A stretch of 64,000 bases of DNA from Pyrinomonadaceae bacterium (GCA_041394785.1 JAWKHO010000014.1:20101-84100), one strand, 5' to 3'. Shown: positions 10,028 to 19,501, numbered from the stretch's first letter. Numbers and translations are program-made. The notes: generated from the sequence alone by a model not told the origin.

Positions 10028-11737
10028 ATGTCACACAAAAAACCGCTCGGCCTTTACACGTTTTTCCCGTTTCTCTCATGGCTCGAAAACTACAGCCGCA
10101 GCGATCTCCTAAAAGATTTCACCGCCGGGCTGACAGTCTCTATCATTCTTATCCCGCAGGTAATGGCTTATACGATCCTCGCCGGGTTGCCGCCGGTTTA
10201 CGGACTCTACGCCGCTTTCCTCGGAACCGCAGTCGCTGCGCTTTGGGGCAGCAGCAAGCATCTCTCTACGGGTCCCGCGGCGCTTGTTTCGTTTTTGATC
10301 CTGACCGCGCTGCTTCCCCTCGCCAAACCCGGAACATCCGAATTTATCGCGCTGGCGATAATTCTCGCGTTTATGATCGGCGTTATTCAGCTGCTGATGG
10401 GGATCTTCAGGGTCGGATTTGTGATGAATTTTATATCACACAGCGTGATCGCCGGATTTACGACCGCTGCTTCGCTGATCATTGCCATCACGCAGATTCC
10501 GGGTCTATTCGGTTTTAACGTTGAGCAGCATGAGTTTGTATTTCTGAATGTTTATGAAGTGGTCGGTGCACTTCCGCGGACAAACTTTTTAACGCTCGTT
10601 ATCGGAATGATGAGCGTTTTTATAATCATCTTTTCGAAACGTAAGATCTCAAAGGCCTTCCCATCGGCACTGATCGTCATGATCCTCGGGACGCTCGCCT
10701 CGTACTCTTTCGATTTTGAGGGCAGGGGTGTTTCAGTGATCGGGGTTTTGGAAGCAAACTTACGGCTTCCGACTATCCCAAATCTTTCATTTGGAAAACT
10801 TCTCGCGCTTTTGCCGAGCGGACTGATCATAGCCGTCATCGGTTTTGTCGAAGGTTATGCGATATCAAAATCGATCTCGGCAAAATCAAAACAGAAAATT
10901 GACGTTAATCAGGAACTTATCGGACAGGGGCTTGGAAATATTGCGTCGAGCATTTTTAAGGGATATCCGATCGCCGGTTCGTTTTCGCGGACGGCGGTAA
11001 ATTATTCGGCAGGCGCGGTTTCGAGTATTTCGTCGGCTTTCGTATCTTTATTCGTACTGGTCACGATCCTGTTTTTGACGCCTCTCTTCCATTATCTTCC
11101 AAACGCGGTTTTGAGTGCGGTAGTGATCGCTTCGCTTGTCGATCTCATCGAATTCAGTAAGTTTCGCGAAACGTTTAACCTTTCCGGAACCGACGGCATC
11201 GTGATCACCGCTACGTTTATATTTTCCTTTATCCTAAAACCCGATTACGCGATCTTTATCGGCATCGTTATGTCGCTTGTATTATTCTTGCGGAAGACAA
11301 TCGTCGCCGATGTGATCGAACTCGTCTTCGTTATGGAAGAGGAAAGATTTCAGGAGATCACCTTTGGAAACGAGATCCGGCTGTTTCCGAACATCATGAT
11401 CCTCCGCGTGGATATGTCGATATTCTTTGCAAATGCGATCAAGATCGTGGATCAGATCCAGGAACTGATCGAGGAAAAAGGCCCGGAACTCGAACATATC
11501 GTGATAAATTTCTCCGGCGTAAATTATGTTGACGTCAGCGGCTGCGAAACGCTCAATGATTATTTTGAAGAGCTTTGGCAGAAGGATATCAGGATCTATT
11601 CGATGTACCGAAAGAAGCAGGTGAGAGACATCATGAGATTGTCAGGAATGCAGGACAAGCTGATCATGCTCCACGACATCAAGGGATTCAAGAAAGAGTT
11701 TATAATTCAGAAAAATCCGAATTTTGATCCGCACTAA
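10028..11737 (+). CDS. SulP-family anion (sulfate) permease with C-terminal STAS domain
   Basis: The N-terminus LKDFTAGLTVSIILIPQVMAY, many TM segments, and a STAS-like C-terminal 120 aa. Confidence 0.9.
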   Translation: MSHKKPLGLYTFFPFLSWLENYSRSDLLKDFTAGLTVSIILIPQVMAYTILAGLPPVYGLYAAFLGTAVAALWGSSKHLSTGPAALVSFLILTALLPLAKPGTSEFIALAIILAFMIGVIQLLMGIFRVGFVMNFISHSVIAGFTTAASLIIAITQIPGLFGFNVEQHEFVFLNVYEVVGALPRTNFLTLVIGMMSVFIIIFSKRKISKAFPSALIVMILGTLASYSFDFEGRGVSVIGVLEANLRLPTIPNLSFGKLLALLPSGLIIAVIGFVEGYAISKSISAKSKQKIDVNQELIGQGLGNIASSIFKGYPIAGSFSRTAVNYSAGAVSSISSAFVSLFVLVTILFLTPLFHYLPNAVLSAVVIASLVDLIEFSKFRETFNLSGTDGIVITATFIFSFILKPDYAIFIGIVMSLVLFLRKTIVADVIELVFVMEEERFQEITFGNEIRLFPNIMILRVDMSIFFANAIKIVDQIQELIEEKGPELEHIVINFSGVNYVDVSGCETLNDYFEELWQKDIRIYSMYRKKQVRDIMRLSGMQDKLIMLHDIKGFKKEFIIQKNPNFDPH

Positions 11738-12120
11738 TTATCTTCAACAATGAAGACCGCATTATTATTCAGATCGTAGAAACCGAATTCATCGGTCCCC
11801 CAGGGTGTCCCGAGCCGGAGCTTATCTTCACCAACGGTTCCGCGCGTAACAAATTCTTCAAACAGCGATTTAACATCATCCGTAAAGATCCGGATCACGG
11901 ATCCGCCGAGAAGCGGATCATCCTCAGTATCGGCATGCCACTGAAGATGAACGTAAAGCGTGCCGCGTTTTAAGATCGCGTACATATCGTCAAACCAAAC
12001 TGCCGTAAATCCGGTGTGTTTTTCATACCAACGGGCATCGCGCGCAATATCACCGGATGGCAAAACCGGAACGATCTGTTTTAAGTTTTCGGTCATTGAT
12101 TTAATCCTGTTCGAAACCAA
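11734..12120 (-). CDS. Glyoxalase/bleomycin-resistance (VOC) family protein
   Basis: A small protein with the VPVLPSGDIARDARWYEK...LHLQ-type VOC pattern. The start may be the ATG at 12096. Confidence 0.6.
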   Translation of the reverse strand: MVSNRIKSMTENLKQIVPVLPSGDIARDARWYEKHTGFTAVWFDDMYAILKRGTLYVHLQWHADTEDDPLLGGSVIRIFTDDVKSLFEEFVTRGTVGEDKLRLGTPWGTDEFGFYDLNNNAVFIVEDN

Positions 12121-12127
12121 GTAAAGG

Positions 12128-12369
12128 CTGAAATGCCGGCTTTACACGACATTTCAGGTAAAAGAGGCTGGCTTGAAAACTGTCTCAAGTCCGCAAAGCG
12201 GACATAGTCAATAGCGTCGGGAGAATCCCGACGTAGAAAAACAAAAAGACCTCGACGCTGTTAGTGTCGCATCTACGGCGATTTGTTTGTCCCTGTCAGG
12301 GACAGTCTGCTTTGGTTAACGTTACGTCGGGATTCTCCCGACGCTATTAAATTCGTCACTTTCAGCGAC
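12128..12369. repeat. Hairpin-mosaic nested palindromic element (MITE/REP-like), copy A
   Basis: 25-nt inverted arms lie at 12210..12234 and 12324..12348 (aatagcgtcgggagaatcccgacgt). Small hairpins gtccgcaaagcggac, gtccctgtcagggac and gtcactttcagcgac are present. The 27-mer is shared with 40051..40077. Confidence 0.8.
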
Positions 12370-12407
12370 TATTCAAACATCTCACTTTTCTGCACAACCT
12401 GTGTATT

Positions 12408-15400
12408 TCAACTAATGGAACTTTCGACGATGGCGATCTCTTCATCCGTCAGACCGTATAATTGATAAACCATCTGATCGATCTTTCGGTCGGTCTCATC
12501 TATCTCTTTTTTGAGAGCTTGCGCTTCCTTCTTTTTTGTCTCAAAAAGCTCCATCCATTCCATCTCGTCCGATTTTGTTAGTTGTTTGCGGCCGGTTTTC
12601 TTTACCGCTTTGGTCAATTCTTTTATAAACTCTGCAAATTCGAGTTCGTGCCAGTTTTGGAGTTTTTTAGAAAATTCAATTTCCAATGATGTTCGAAGAA
12701 AGTCAGTAAGTGTTCTCCCCAGATTGTTCAACGATACAACCCCCTGACTTTCAGCCTCATACATGGCTTCCAGCTCATCAATTTCGATTCGATCGGGAAT
12801 TACGATTGGCAATTGTGCAACCATTACAGGTTTGACTTGCGCCATAGTTCTGTTTGTTTCAGAAGAGATCAACCGATACGTATAAGTGATAAATTTGGAA
12901 TTTAAAATCGTTGATAAGGCTTTGTTGGTAATCATTTTCGGATTTGCCGAAAAGACATATAGACCATCAGTTGGATAAATTTTTTCGTCGTCAACCGCCG
13001 TAATTATTGTATCGCCCGTAATTACACCTATTATTTTTTCATGCTTTGCAAATATGCTTTCACTCCTAGTCCGATGCAATGAATAAAACGGATGTTTACC
13101 CTGACTCACCTCTTTACACGTTATCCTATTTTTGAAATCAGAAATATATGAAACAATATTTGGTATTATTGTGGCGTTTGTGGTTTTTGAGACGTACAGA
13201 ATACTCTTATCGTTATCAAGAATATTGAATCTCTTGACGTCAACTCCACCCGTAACGGTTCGACGAATGTTTTCTTCTTCAAGTTTTCGATCAATAATGG
13301 TATGAGAATCAACTATAAAAGCTTCTTTGAGATCAGGACTTATTCCCCGTTGAATACCGTCATCATCCAAAACGTCCTGAAGCCGTTTTCCTGAAAGTCG
13401 AGTGAACAAGGAGTAGCCTTCAATTTCTCTTGTCGCAAATATTGTATTAGGCAGGGAGTAAAACAACTCTTGTGGAACTTTCTCAAGATGGATGGAAAAA
13501 AGATCTCTATCGTATCTCGAATCGAAATTACCAACTTTGGTTATCTTATTCCCTTGAATTTTATTTGCAATAATTATCGCGGACGGTCTAGCTACGCTTT
13601 CAAATATTCTGTCTCCAACATTTAGTGCGTGGGTAAGAGTCGTGGTCCTTAAAATTTTTCTGCGTAGTTTTTCATTATCTTTTTGATAGAGAATTACATC
13701 GGGAATTATCAAGCCAAGCGACCCGCTTCCGTTTGTTAAATTAATCGCCTTATTGGTAAAAAACATAAATGAATCAACCATGCGTACAATTATTTCTCTA
13801 TGGTTATGCTTTATATTCCGCATTTCACTTGCATTCATTCTTGCTCCCCATGGTGGATTCCCAATAACCACATCAAAACCGCCGTTTGCAAAAACTTTTG
13901 GGAATTCCTGTTTCCAATCAAACGCCTTTTCTCCGGCCACCTCGGGATCTTCGATGAGAGAATTTCCGCATTTTATATTGTCATTAAGCGAAGTGAGTTT
14001 TCGTCCTTTTTGGGCGGTGCGGAGCCACAGCGAAAGCTTGGCGATCTCTATGCTCTCCTCATTTATATCTACGCCAAAAAGATTATTTTCGAGGATCGAA
14101 TTTTCGATGTCTGTCAGCGGAAGGCTGAAGCCTTCGAGCTTTTGGTAAAGTTCGTCGATATATCGATGCTCGGCGATGAGGAATTCTAGCGCCTGATTAA
14201 GGAATGCGCCGCTTCCGCAGGCCGGATCACAGATCGTCAGTGCAAGAAGCCAACTGCGATAAATATCCAGCTTTTCACGTAGCGAATCGATCGTCTTTTG
14301 GTGTCTGCCTTTTTGCTGTTCGTAATTTTCGTCAAGAATTTCGAGCTCCTGTTTTTTCTCCTCGCAGAGCCTGCCGATCGTATTGTCAACAATGTATTTG
14401 GTGATGTATTTCGGCGTATAGAAAACGCCGTCTTTTTTCCGCTTGGTTTTGCTTTTGTCGATCTCTTCACCGGCTAATTCCGCCTGAATGCTTTCGATCT
14501 CGGTAAGAGAATGCTCAAAGATGTGCCCGAGAATATTTACGCTTACCTCGCTCGCAAAGTCATAATTGCTCAGGGTTTTTATGTGCTTCGATAATAGTTC
14601 GTCATCGATCCTGATATTGTCCAGGATCTCATCGGGCAGGAAAAGCCCCCCATTATATGCGAAGACATCGTGTTTCTTGCCTTTAAAGCCCGTATTGAGA
14701 TAACCGAAATACTTTTTGAAACGATCATAGAGCGGAAAATACTCGTCGTATTTTTCCTGCAGATCTCTCCAATCTTTTAGGATCACGCCGATAGAATTCG
14801 GGGGAAGAAGCTGTTTATCCTCGGCGAAGAGTATAAACAGAAAGCGATCTAGGAGTTTTTGAGTTTTCTTAAAAAGAATGAGTTTGTCGTATTCCGGGTT
14901 GTTTTCGCTGATGTCCGCGTATATGTCGTTTCGAAACGCAGAATAATCTTTGTAAAGTTTTTTTGTAATTATTTCGCCTTCGGTAAGCGATTCATCTTTT
15001 ATTCTTTTCGGCGTGTTGCGAAGCAGATTCTCTGAATGAAGACAAAGCCAAAGCATATCGAATCTTTCGCGAGAAAGATTAAAAAGATCGAATTCTTCAA
15101 ATTCGACGGCATTTTCAATATAAAAGCGCAGCTTTTCAAAATTTGATGTGATCACATAGGTGCATTTCGGATGATTGTTTTTATAACCAAAACCCTGCGC
15201 TTCAACCTTCGCGAGATCGATCGTGTTAGTCCCTTTTAGTTCGATCACGGCGATCGCTTCATCATCTTTGAGTATCGCGCCGTCAGCCGTTTTTGAGCCT
15301 TTTACATTTTTAAGTTCGGATGTGAGATCAAATCCCGGCGCCGGATTTTTTGTATAGCCAAGTACATCTACGAAAAGGTCAGATAAGAAACCGTCCTGAT

Positions 15401-15545
15401 ATTGCACCTCGGTTGCGTTTCGAATGTTTTCCTGAATATCGGGGTCATGAAAATGCGCGGTAAACTTTTCCCACGCGGCATTTATCTGCTTACGATCAAG
15501 TGCAGCAAGATATTTTTTAAGAACGGCGTTTTGAAAGAGGCTCAT
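12408..15545 (-). CDS. Type IIG restriction-modification enzyme (fused PD-(D/E)xK endonuclease, N6-adenine methyltransferase and specificity region, Eco57I/MmeI-like)
   Basis: Motif I DPACGSGAFL, motif IV GNPPWG, and a nuclease-like motif near the N-terminus, DGAIL...VIELKG. 1045 aa. Confidence 0.75.
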   Translation of the reverse strand: MSLFQNAVLKKYLAALDRKQINAAWEKFTAHFHDPDIQENIRNATEVQYQDGFLSDLFVDVLGYTKNPAPGFDLTSELKNVKGSKTADGAILKDDEAIAVIELKGTNTIDLAKVEAQGFGYKNNHPKCTYVITSNFEKLRFYIENAVEFEEFDLFNLSRERFDMLWLCLHSENLLRNTPKRIKDESLTEGEIITKKLYKDYSAFRNDIYADISENNPEYDKLILFKKTQKLLDRFLFILFAEDKQLLPPNSIGVILKDWRDLQEKYDEYFPLYDRFKKYFGYLNTGFKGKKHDVFAYNGGLFLPDEILDNIRIDDELLSKHIKTLSNYDFASEVSVNILGHIFEHSLTEIESIQAELAGEEIDKSKTKRKKDGVFYTPKYITKYIVDNTIGRLCEEKKQELEILDENYEQQKGRHQKTIDSLREKLDIYRSWLLALTICDPACGSGAFLNQALEFLIAEHRYIDELYQKLEGFSLPLTDIENSILENNLFGVDINEESIEIAKLSLWLRTAQKGRKLTSLNDNIKCGNSLIEDPEVAGEKAFDWKQEFPKVFANGGFDVVIGNPPWGARMNASEMRNIKHNHREIIVRMVDSFMFFTNKAINLTNGSGSLGLIIPDVILYQKDNEKLRRKILRTTTLTHALNVGDRIFESVARPSAIIIANKIQGNKITKVGNFDSRYDRDLFSIHLEKVPQELFYSLPNTIFATREIEGYSLFTRLSGKRLQDVLDDDGIQRGISPDLKEAFIVDSHTIIDRKLEEENIRRTVTGGVDVKRFNILDNDKSILYVSKTTNATIIPNIVSYISDFKNRITCKEVSQGKHPFYSLHRTRSESIFAKHEKIIGVITGDTIITAVDDEKIYPTDGLYVFSANPKMITNKALSTILNSKFITYTYRLISSETNRTMAQVKPVMVAQLPIVIPDRIEIDELEAMYEAESQGVVSLNNLGRTLTDFLRTSLEIEFSKKLQNWHELEFAEFIKELTKAVKKTGRKQLTKSDEMEWMELFETKKKEAQALKKEIDETDRKIDQMVYQLYGLTDEEIAIVESSIS

Positions 15546-15551
15546 GTTTTT

Positions 15552-16148
15552 CTAGGTTCGCGCAAATTCGATAAGGGGCTGTATGTTTCCCATATCTGCT
15601 TGTTTAAGAGCGTCAATATATTTCTTTCGCGTTTCATTCGGTTTTATCATATTCGAGTGATTCCATGAAAAAACCTCGCCGCCAAAGACCGATTCAATAA
15701 TTATGTCTGCCATTAGTCGGGAATGACGACCGTTTCCATTAGAAAAACAGTGTATCGACACCAAGCGATGTTTGAACCTGATCGCGATCTCATCGGGCGA
15801 ATAAGTGTCATTTTCGATCCAGTACAGTGTGTCTTCGAGGAGGGTTCTTAGCCCAGTGCTTATAAGCGTCCAATCATCCCCAATGTTTTTACCCGCTGAT
15901 CTAAACTTTCCTGCCCATCGCCATACATCTCCAAACATCTTTTTGTGAACATCTTTTACAAACTTTTCTGTAAAAATCGTTTGAACATTGAATTTTCTCT
16001 TTATTGTCCATTCGACCGCTTTTTCAATGTTCAATTGCTCAAATTCGTCGAGATCACCGTGTGTCGAAATTCCGCTGATTCGCAAACCTTCTTTCTCGTC
16101 AGGATCTATATGAGTTTGACCATCAGTATATTCCAGTTCTAATCCCAT
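15552..16148 (-). CDS. Fic-domain protein (mobile mystery protein B type)
   Basis: Fic motif HCFSNGNGRHSRL, about 200 aa, overlapping the upstream HTH gene by 10 nt. Confidence 0.8.
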   Translation of the reverse strand: MGLELEYTDGQTHIDPDEKEGLRISGISTHGDLDEFEQLNIEKAVEWTIKRKFNVQTIFTEKFVKDVHKKMFGDVWRWAGKFRSAGKNIGDDWTLISTGLRTLLEDTLYWIENDTYSPDEIAIRFKHRLVSIHCFSNGNGRHSRLMADIIIESVFGGEVFSWNHSNMIKPNETRKKYIDALKQADMGNIQPLIEFART

Positions 16149-16600
16149 AAGGTCCTACGCATTTCCGATTTAATTTCGTTTGCCAACTCGTTTATCGCTT
16201 GATTTATTCTTTCCTCGCTATTCCCTTGGTTTTCGAGCCGCATGTTTTGATTCGTTCTTAAAACGATCCTGCGCGCTAATTCTCGTGCCCGAATTTCAAC
16301 CAACTTCTCTACGGAGCCATTTATGGGTACAAATCCATATACAAAACGCATGTCAATTGCCTTGCTTACTTCCTTCAGTGATTTTACAGTGATCGCGCCA
16401 GTGACTTCTCTTTCCTCAATCTGTTTTGCCCCTTGCTCCGTCATGTTTAATCTCTTTCCTAGTTGCTTCAAAGTCATATTTAAGGTACTCCGGATATGAT
16501 TTATCCATCCCTTTTGCGGAACCTGAATCTTATCCGCTGCACTGAACGCTTCCAGCTTTTGATCCAATTGATTTATTAACAGTTTCCTTTGATTGCGCAT
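16139..16600 (-). CDS. XRE-type HTH protein (mobile mystery protein A type)
   Basis: The segment STLNMTLKQLGKRLNMTEQGAKQIE is HTH-like. The gene pairs with the downstream Fic gene, as in the TIGRFAM mobile mystery A/B pair. Confidence 0.65.
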   Translation of the reverse strand: MRNQRKLLINQLDQKLEAFSAADKIQVPQKGWINHIRSTLNMTLKQLGKRLNMTEQGAKQIEEREVTGAITVKSLKEVSKAIDMRFVYGFVPINGSVEKLVEIRARELARRIVLRTNQNMRLENQGNSEERINQAINELANEIKSEMRRTLWD

Positions 16601-16651
16601 ATTTTTTGCGAATCCTTTTTGAAGTAACCATTCGAAATATAAACATATACA

Positions 16652-16670
16652 TTTAGCTTTGCAAGCTAAA
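16652..16670. promoter_or_regulatory. Candidate operator palindrome upstream of the HTH-Fic-RM operon
   Basis: tttagctt-tgc-aagctaaa is a perfect 8-bp inverted repeat about 50-70 nt upstream of the HTH start at 16600. Confidence 0.3.
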
Positions 16671-16748
16671 ACTCAATATATATGTTTAATACTGACATCG
16701 AGCACTAAATGAATCTGTTTAGTATTAAGTCGTTAAAACTTTGCTTGA

Positions 16749-17555
16749 TCAATAATTTGCAGATTTTGCCTTGTTCCAAAGCGTGTCCATCTCAGTCAGA
16801 TCAACATCATCAAATGTTTTTTTGTTAGATTTGAGTTCGTCTTCAATAAACCGGAATCGCTTTCGGAATTTCCGGTTTGTTTTCTTCAAAGCATTTTCCG
16901 GTTCAACTCCCAGTTTTCGGGCGAGATTTACGACAACAAAAAGCAGATCGCCGATCTCTTCCTCTATCTCCGCTTCGTTCTTATTTGTGATCGCCGATCT
17001 CAATTCCGCTGTTTCTTCTTCGAGTTTTTCAAATATCTGATCCGGATTTTCCCAGTCAAAACCGGTTTTTGCCGCCTTTTTTGAGATCTTGTTTCCTTCC
17101 ATCAGAGCCGGAAAAGCGACGGGGACTTCATCGAGGATCGAACGCGAGGCGTCAACCTCTTTGCCTCTTGCTTTCTGTTCCGCTTTTTTCAGATCGTCCC
17201 AGTTGTCTAAAACGTCGTCTGCGGTGCTGAGCTTCTTGTCTTCAAAAACATGGGGATGCCGGAGAATGAGTTTTTGCGTAATGCCTTCGGCAACATCGTC
17301 GATGGTGAAATCACCTTTTTCTTTTGCGATCGTCGAATGAAAAACTACCTGAAGAAGAACATCGCCGAGTTCGTCGCTGAGATTTGCGGTATTTCCCGTT
17401 TCGGCAGCTTCCTGAATTGCGTCAAAAGCCTCGTAAGTTTCTTCGAGAAGATACGGCGCAAGCGATTCATAGGTTTGCTCACGGTCCCACGGACAGCCGC
17501 CGGGCGCACGAAGACGTGCCATAACGTTTACAAGATCGTTAAATTTATCAGACAT
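16749..17555 (-). CDS. mazG: Nucleoside triphosphate pyrophosphohydrolase MazG
   Basis: LRAPGGCPWDREQT and two EExxE/ELGD-type MazG repeats. The start is taken at MSDKF (17555), although the ORF is open to 17609. Confidence 0.85.
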   Translation of the reverse strand: MSDKFNDLVNVMARLRAPGGCPWDREQTYESLAPYLLEETYEAFDAIQEAAETGNTANLSDELGDVLLQVVFHSTIAKEKGDFTIDDVAEGITQKLILRHPHVFEDKKLSTADDVLDNWDDLKKAEQKARGKEVDASRSILDEVPVAFPALMEGNKISKKAAKTGFDWENPDQIFEKLEEETAELRSAITNKNEAEIEEEIGDLLFVVVNLARKLGVEPENALKKTNRKFRKRFRFIEDELKSNKKTFDDVDLTEMDTLWNKAKSANY

Positions 17556-17635
17556 AATTAATTGATTTTGAACTTTCTTTTCCCAAAATGCTACTATCAA
17601 GACACACAATAATAAAGGAATAACCTATACAAATA

Positions 17636-18226
17636 ATGATTGGAAAAGATACACACGAAGGCGAAGAAGAACCGGTCTTAAAGGTAACTGATAAGCGTAA
17701 ATTTAATGTTGACGGCAGTTTACGCGAAGGCGTGACGATCGAGAAAGAAGAGCCTTCGGCTCAAACAACACCGATCCTCGAAGGATCGGCCGGTACGGAA
17801 GACAATGTCAGCGATGCTTCGCCGATCGACCTTTCGGCAGCGCCGTCGATCGAGCAGGGCGACGAAACGGGCGAAACTCTTTCAGAGGAAGAAGAAGCAA
17901 AGCTTTTGGACGACGAGAATCCGGCCAGTTTTATCAATTTTCTTTCAACTCTGGTAACAAACGCCGCAGCATCTCTCGGCGCGATGCCTCATCCGGTAAC
18001 GGGGCAAAAAAGTGTGGATCTCGACACGGGAAAATATTGGATCGATGTCCTCGCAATGCTTCGCGAAAAGACAAGAGGCAATCTGCTTTCTCAGGAGGAG
18101 AGACTTCTCGACAGCATTTTATCCGATCTGCGAATGCAGTATGTCGCTCTTACGCGGGCTGCAGAAGAAAAACTAAAAGCGCAGGCAGCGAAGAACTTCT
18201 CGTCAAAAGATATCCTGGGCGGGTAA
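17636..18226 (+). CDS. DUF1844 domain protein
   Basis: FINFLSTLVTNAAASLG...IDVLAMLREKTRGNL...LSDLRMQYV matches the DUF1844 pattern as I remember it. Confidence 0.6.
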   Translation: MIGKDTHEGEEEPVLKVTDKRKFNVDGSLREGVTIEKEEPSAQTTPILEGSAGTEDNVSDASPIDLSAAPSIEQGDETGETLSEEEEAKLLDDENPASFINFLSTLVTNAAASLGAMPHPVTGQKSVDLDTGKYWIDVLAMLREKTRGNLLSQEERLLDSILSDLRMQYVALTRAAEEKLKAQAAKNFSSKDILGG

Positions 18227-18248
18227 AAAGGCGGGATAAAGTTTGCCG

Positions 18249-18430
18249 AGTTAACTGAAAGTTGCGGAGTTAACAGAGATAACCTGTTTTTAGCAAGATA
18301 ATCGGCTCTTTCGGGCATTTTAACTCTTTCGGTCAGTTGTAAAAAAATCAATCGGATTAACCCGACTGACTCCGCAACTTTCCGTCAACTCCGGCAACTT
18401 TCCGGCAACTCTGCCAACTGTCAGTCAACT
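18249..18430. repeat. Palindromic intergenic element with phased CAACT/AGTTR pentamers
   Basis: CAACT lies at 18375, 18386, 18395, 18406, 18415 and 18426 (spacing 11/9/11/9/11). AGTTA/AGTTG lies at 18249, 18260 and 18268. A 14-bp inverted repeat, gaaagttgcggagt / actccgcaactttc, is present. Confidence 0.8.
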
Positions 18431-18437
18431 TTTCCTT

Positions 18438-19205
18438 ATGAAACTAACCTTTCTCGGCACCGGAACATCGACGGGCGTCCCATCTATCGGATGTGATTGC
18501 GAAACCTGTCTTTCTGAAGATCCGAAGGATAAAAGACTGAGAGTTTCAATTCTGATCGAACATGCCGGAAAGCAGATCCTCGTCGACACTTCAATTGACT
18601 TCCGTCAGCAGGCCTTACGGGCCGGGATAAAAAAGCTGGATGCGGTTTTGATCACGCATTGTCATGTAGATCACGTTTTCGGTTTGGACGACATACGTCC
18701 GCTCAATTTTCGTTACGGAGCGATGGGAGTTTACGCAAACGAGATCGCCTGGAAGGATCTGAAACGCATTTTCAGGTATATTTTCGAGCCGACACATTTT
18801 GGCGGCGGTCTCCCGCAGCTGATCCCGCACACGGTAGTTAATAATTCCCCGTTTTCAATAGGCAATGATCTCGAGATAACTCCGCTTGAAGTCATTCACG
18901 GAAAGCTCCCTGTCATTGCATACCGTTTTAATGATTTTGCGTACGCGACAGATCTGAAGGAGATCCCGCAAACTTCGCTTGACGGTCTCCGCGATCTCGA
19001 TGTTCTTGTTTTGGATTGCGTCCGCTTAAAACCGCATTCAACTCATTTGTGTCTGGACGAAGCACTCGCGTATATCGAGGAAGTTAAGCCAAAACGGGCA
19101 TTCTTAACGCATCTCAATCACGACATTATGTATGAACGGGAAAAACATCTGCTGCCGGATAATGTTAAGTTTGCGTATGACGGTTTGGTTATCAGCGACA
19201 GTTAA
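18438..19205 (+). CDS. MBL-fold metallo-hydrolase (PhnP/GPMBL-like)
   Basis: HCHVDH motif, about 255 aa. Confidence 0.8.
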   Translation: MKLTFLGTGTSTGVPSIGCDCETCLSEDPKDKRLRVSILIEHAGKQILVDTSIDFRQQALRAGIKKLDAVLITHCHVDHVFGLDDIRPLNFRYGAMGVYANEIAWKDLKRIFRYIFEPTHFGGGLPQLIPHTVVNNSPFSIGNDLEITPLEVIHGKLPVIAYRFNDFAYATDLKEIPQTSLDGLRDLDVLVLDCVRLKPHSTHLCLDEALAYIEEVKPKRAFLTHLNHDIMYEREKHLLPDNVKFAYDGLVISDS

Positions 19206-19212
19206 TATTGTA

Positions 19213-19501
19213 AGTCGGTGAAACCGACGAAAGATTGTAGCCCGCGGCGAAAGCCGTGGGTTAGTTGTAAAATTTAATTTCAGCCATTGAAAATGGCGGC
19301 AGGTATCGGCGATTGGAGTGAGATCGCAGTTTTCAATCATTCAAAATCTTCTAGGGATCGATTACAACCATTTCTAAAGAAGCCGGTCATTTATCTGGTT
19401 TTTTGAACGTGACTTTTCAGGTTATCACGACGATTTTCTTTTCTGCCGCCATTTTCAATGGCTCACCGCAATTTGCATGATCGTCCCACGGCTTGCGCCG
19501 T
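19213..19501. repeat. Hairpin-mosaic nested palindromic element interrupted in its right arm by the IS
   Basis: The arms cagccattgaaaatggcggcag (19281..19302) and ctgccgccattttcaatggctc (19443..19464) are near reverse complements (21 of 22). The outer arm gattgtagccc (19233..19243) is completed by gggctacaatc only at 20915..20925. Confidence 0.7.

Noticed and set aside
9976-10518. A 180-aa plus-strand ORF overlapping the SulP gene start
   Set aside because: It is an out-of-frame overlap with a well-supported SulP CDS. The translation is Arg-rich with no motif.
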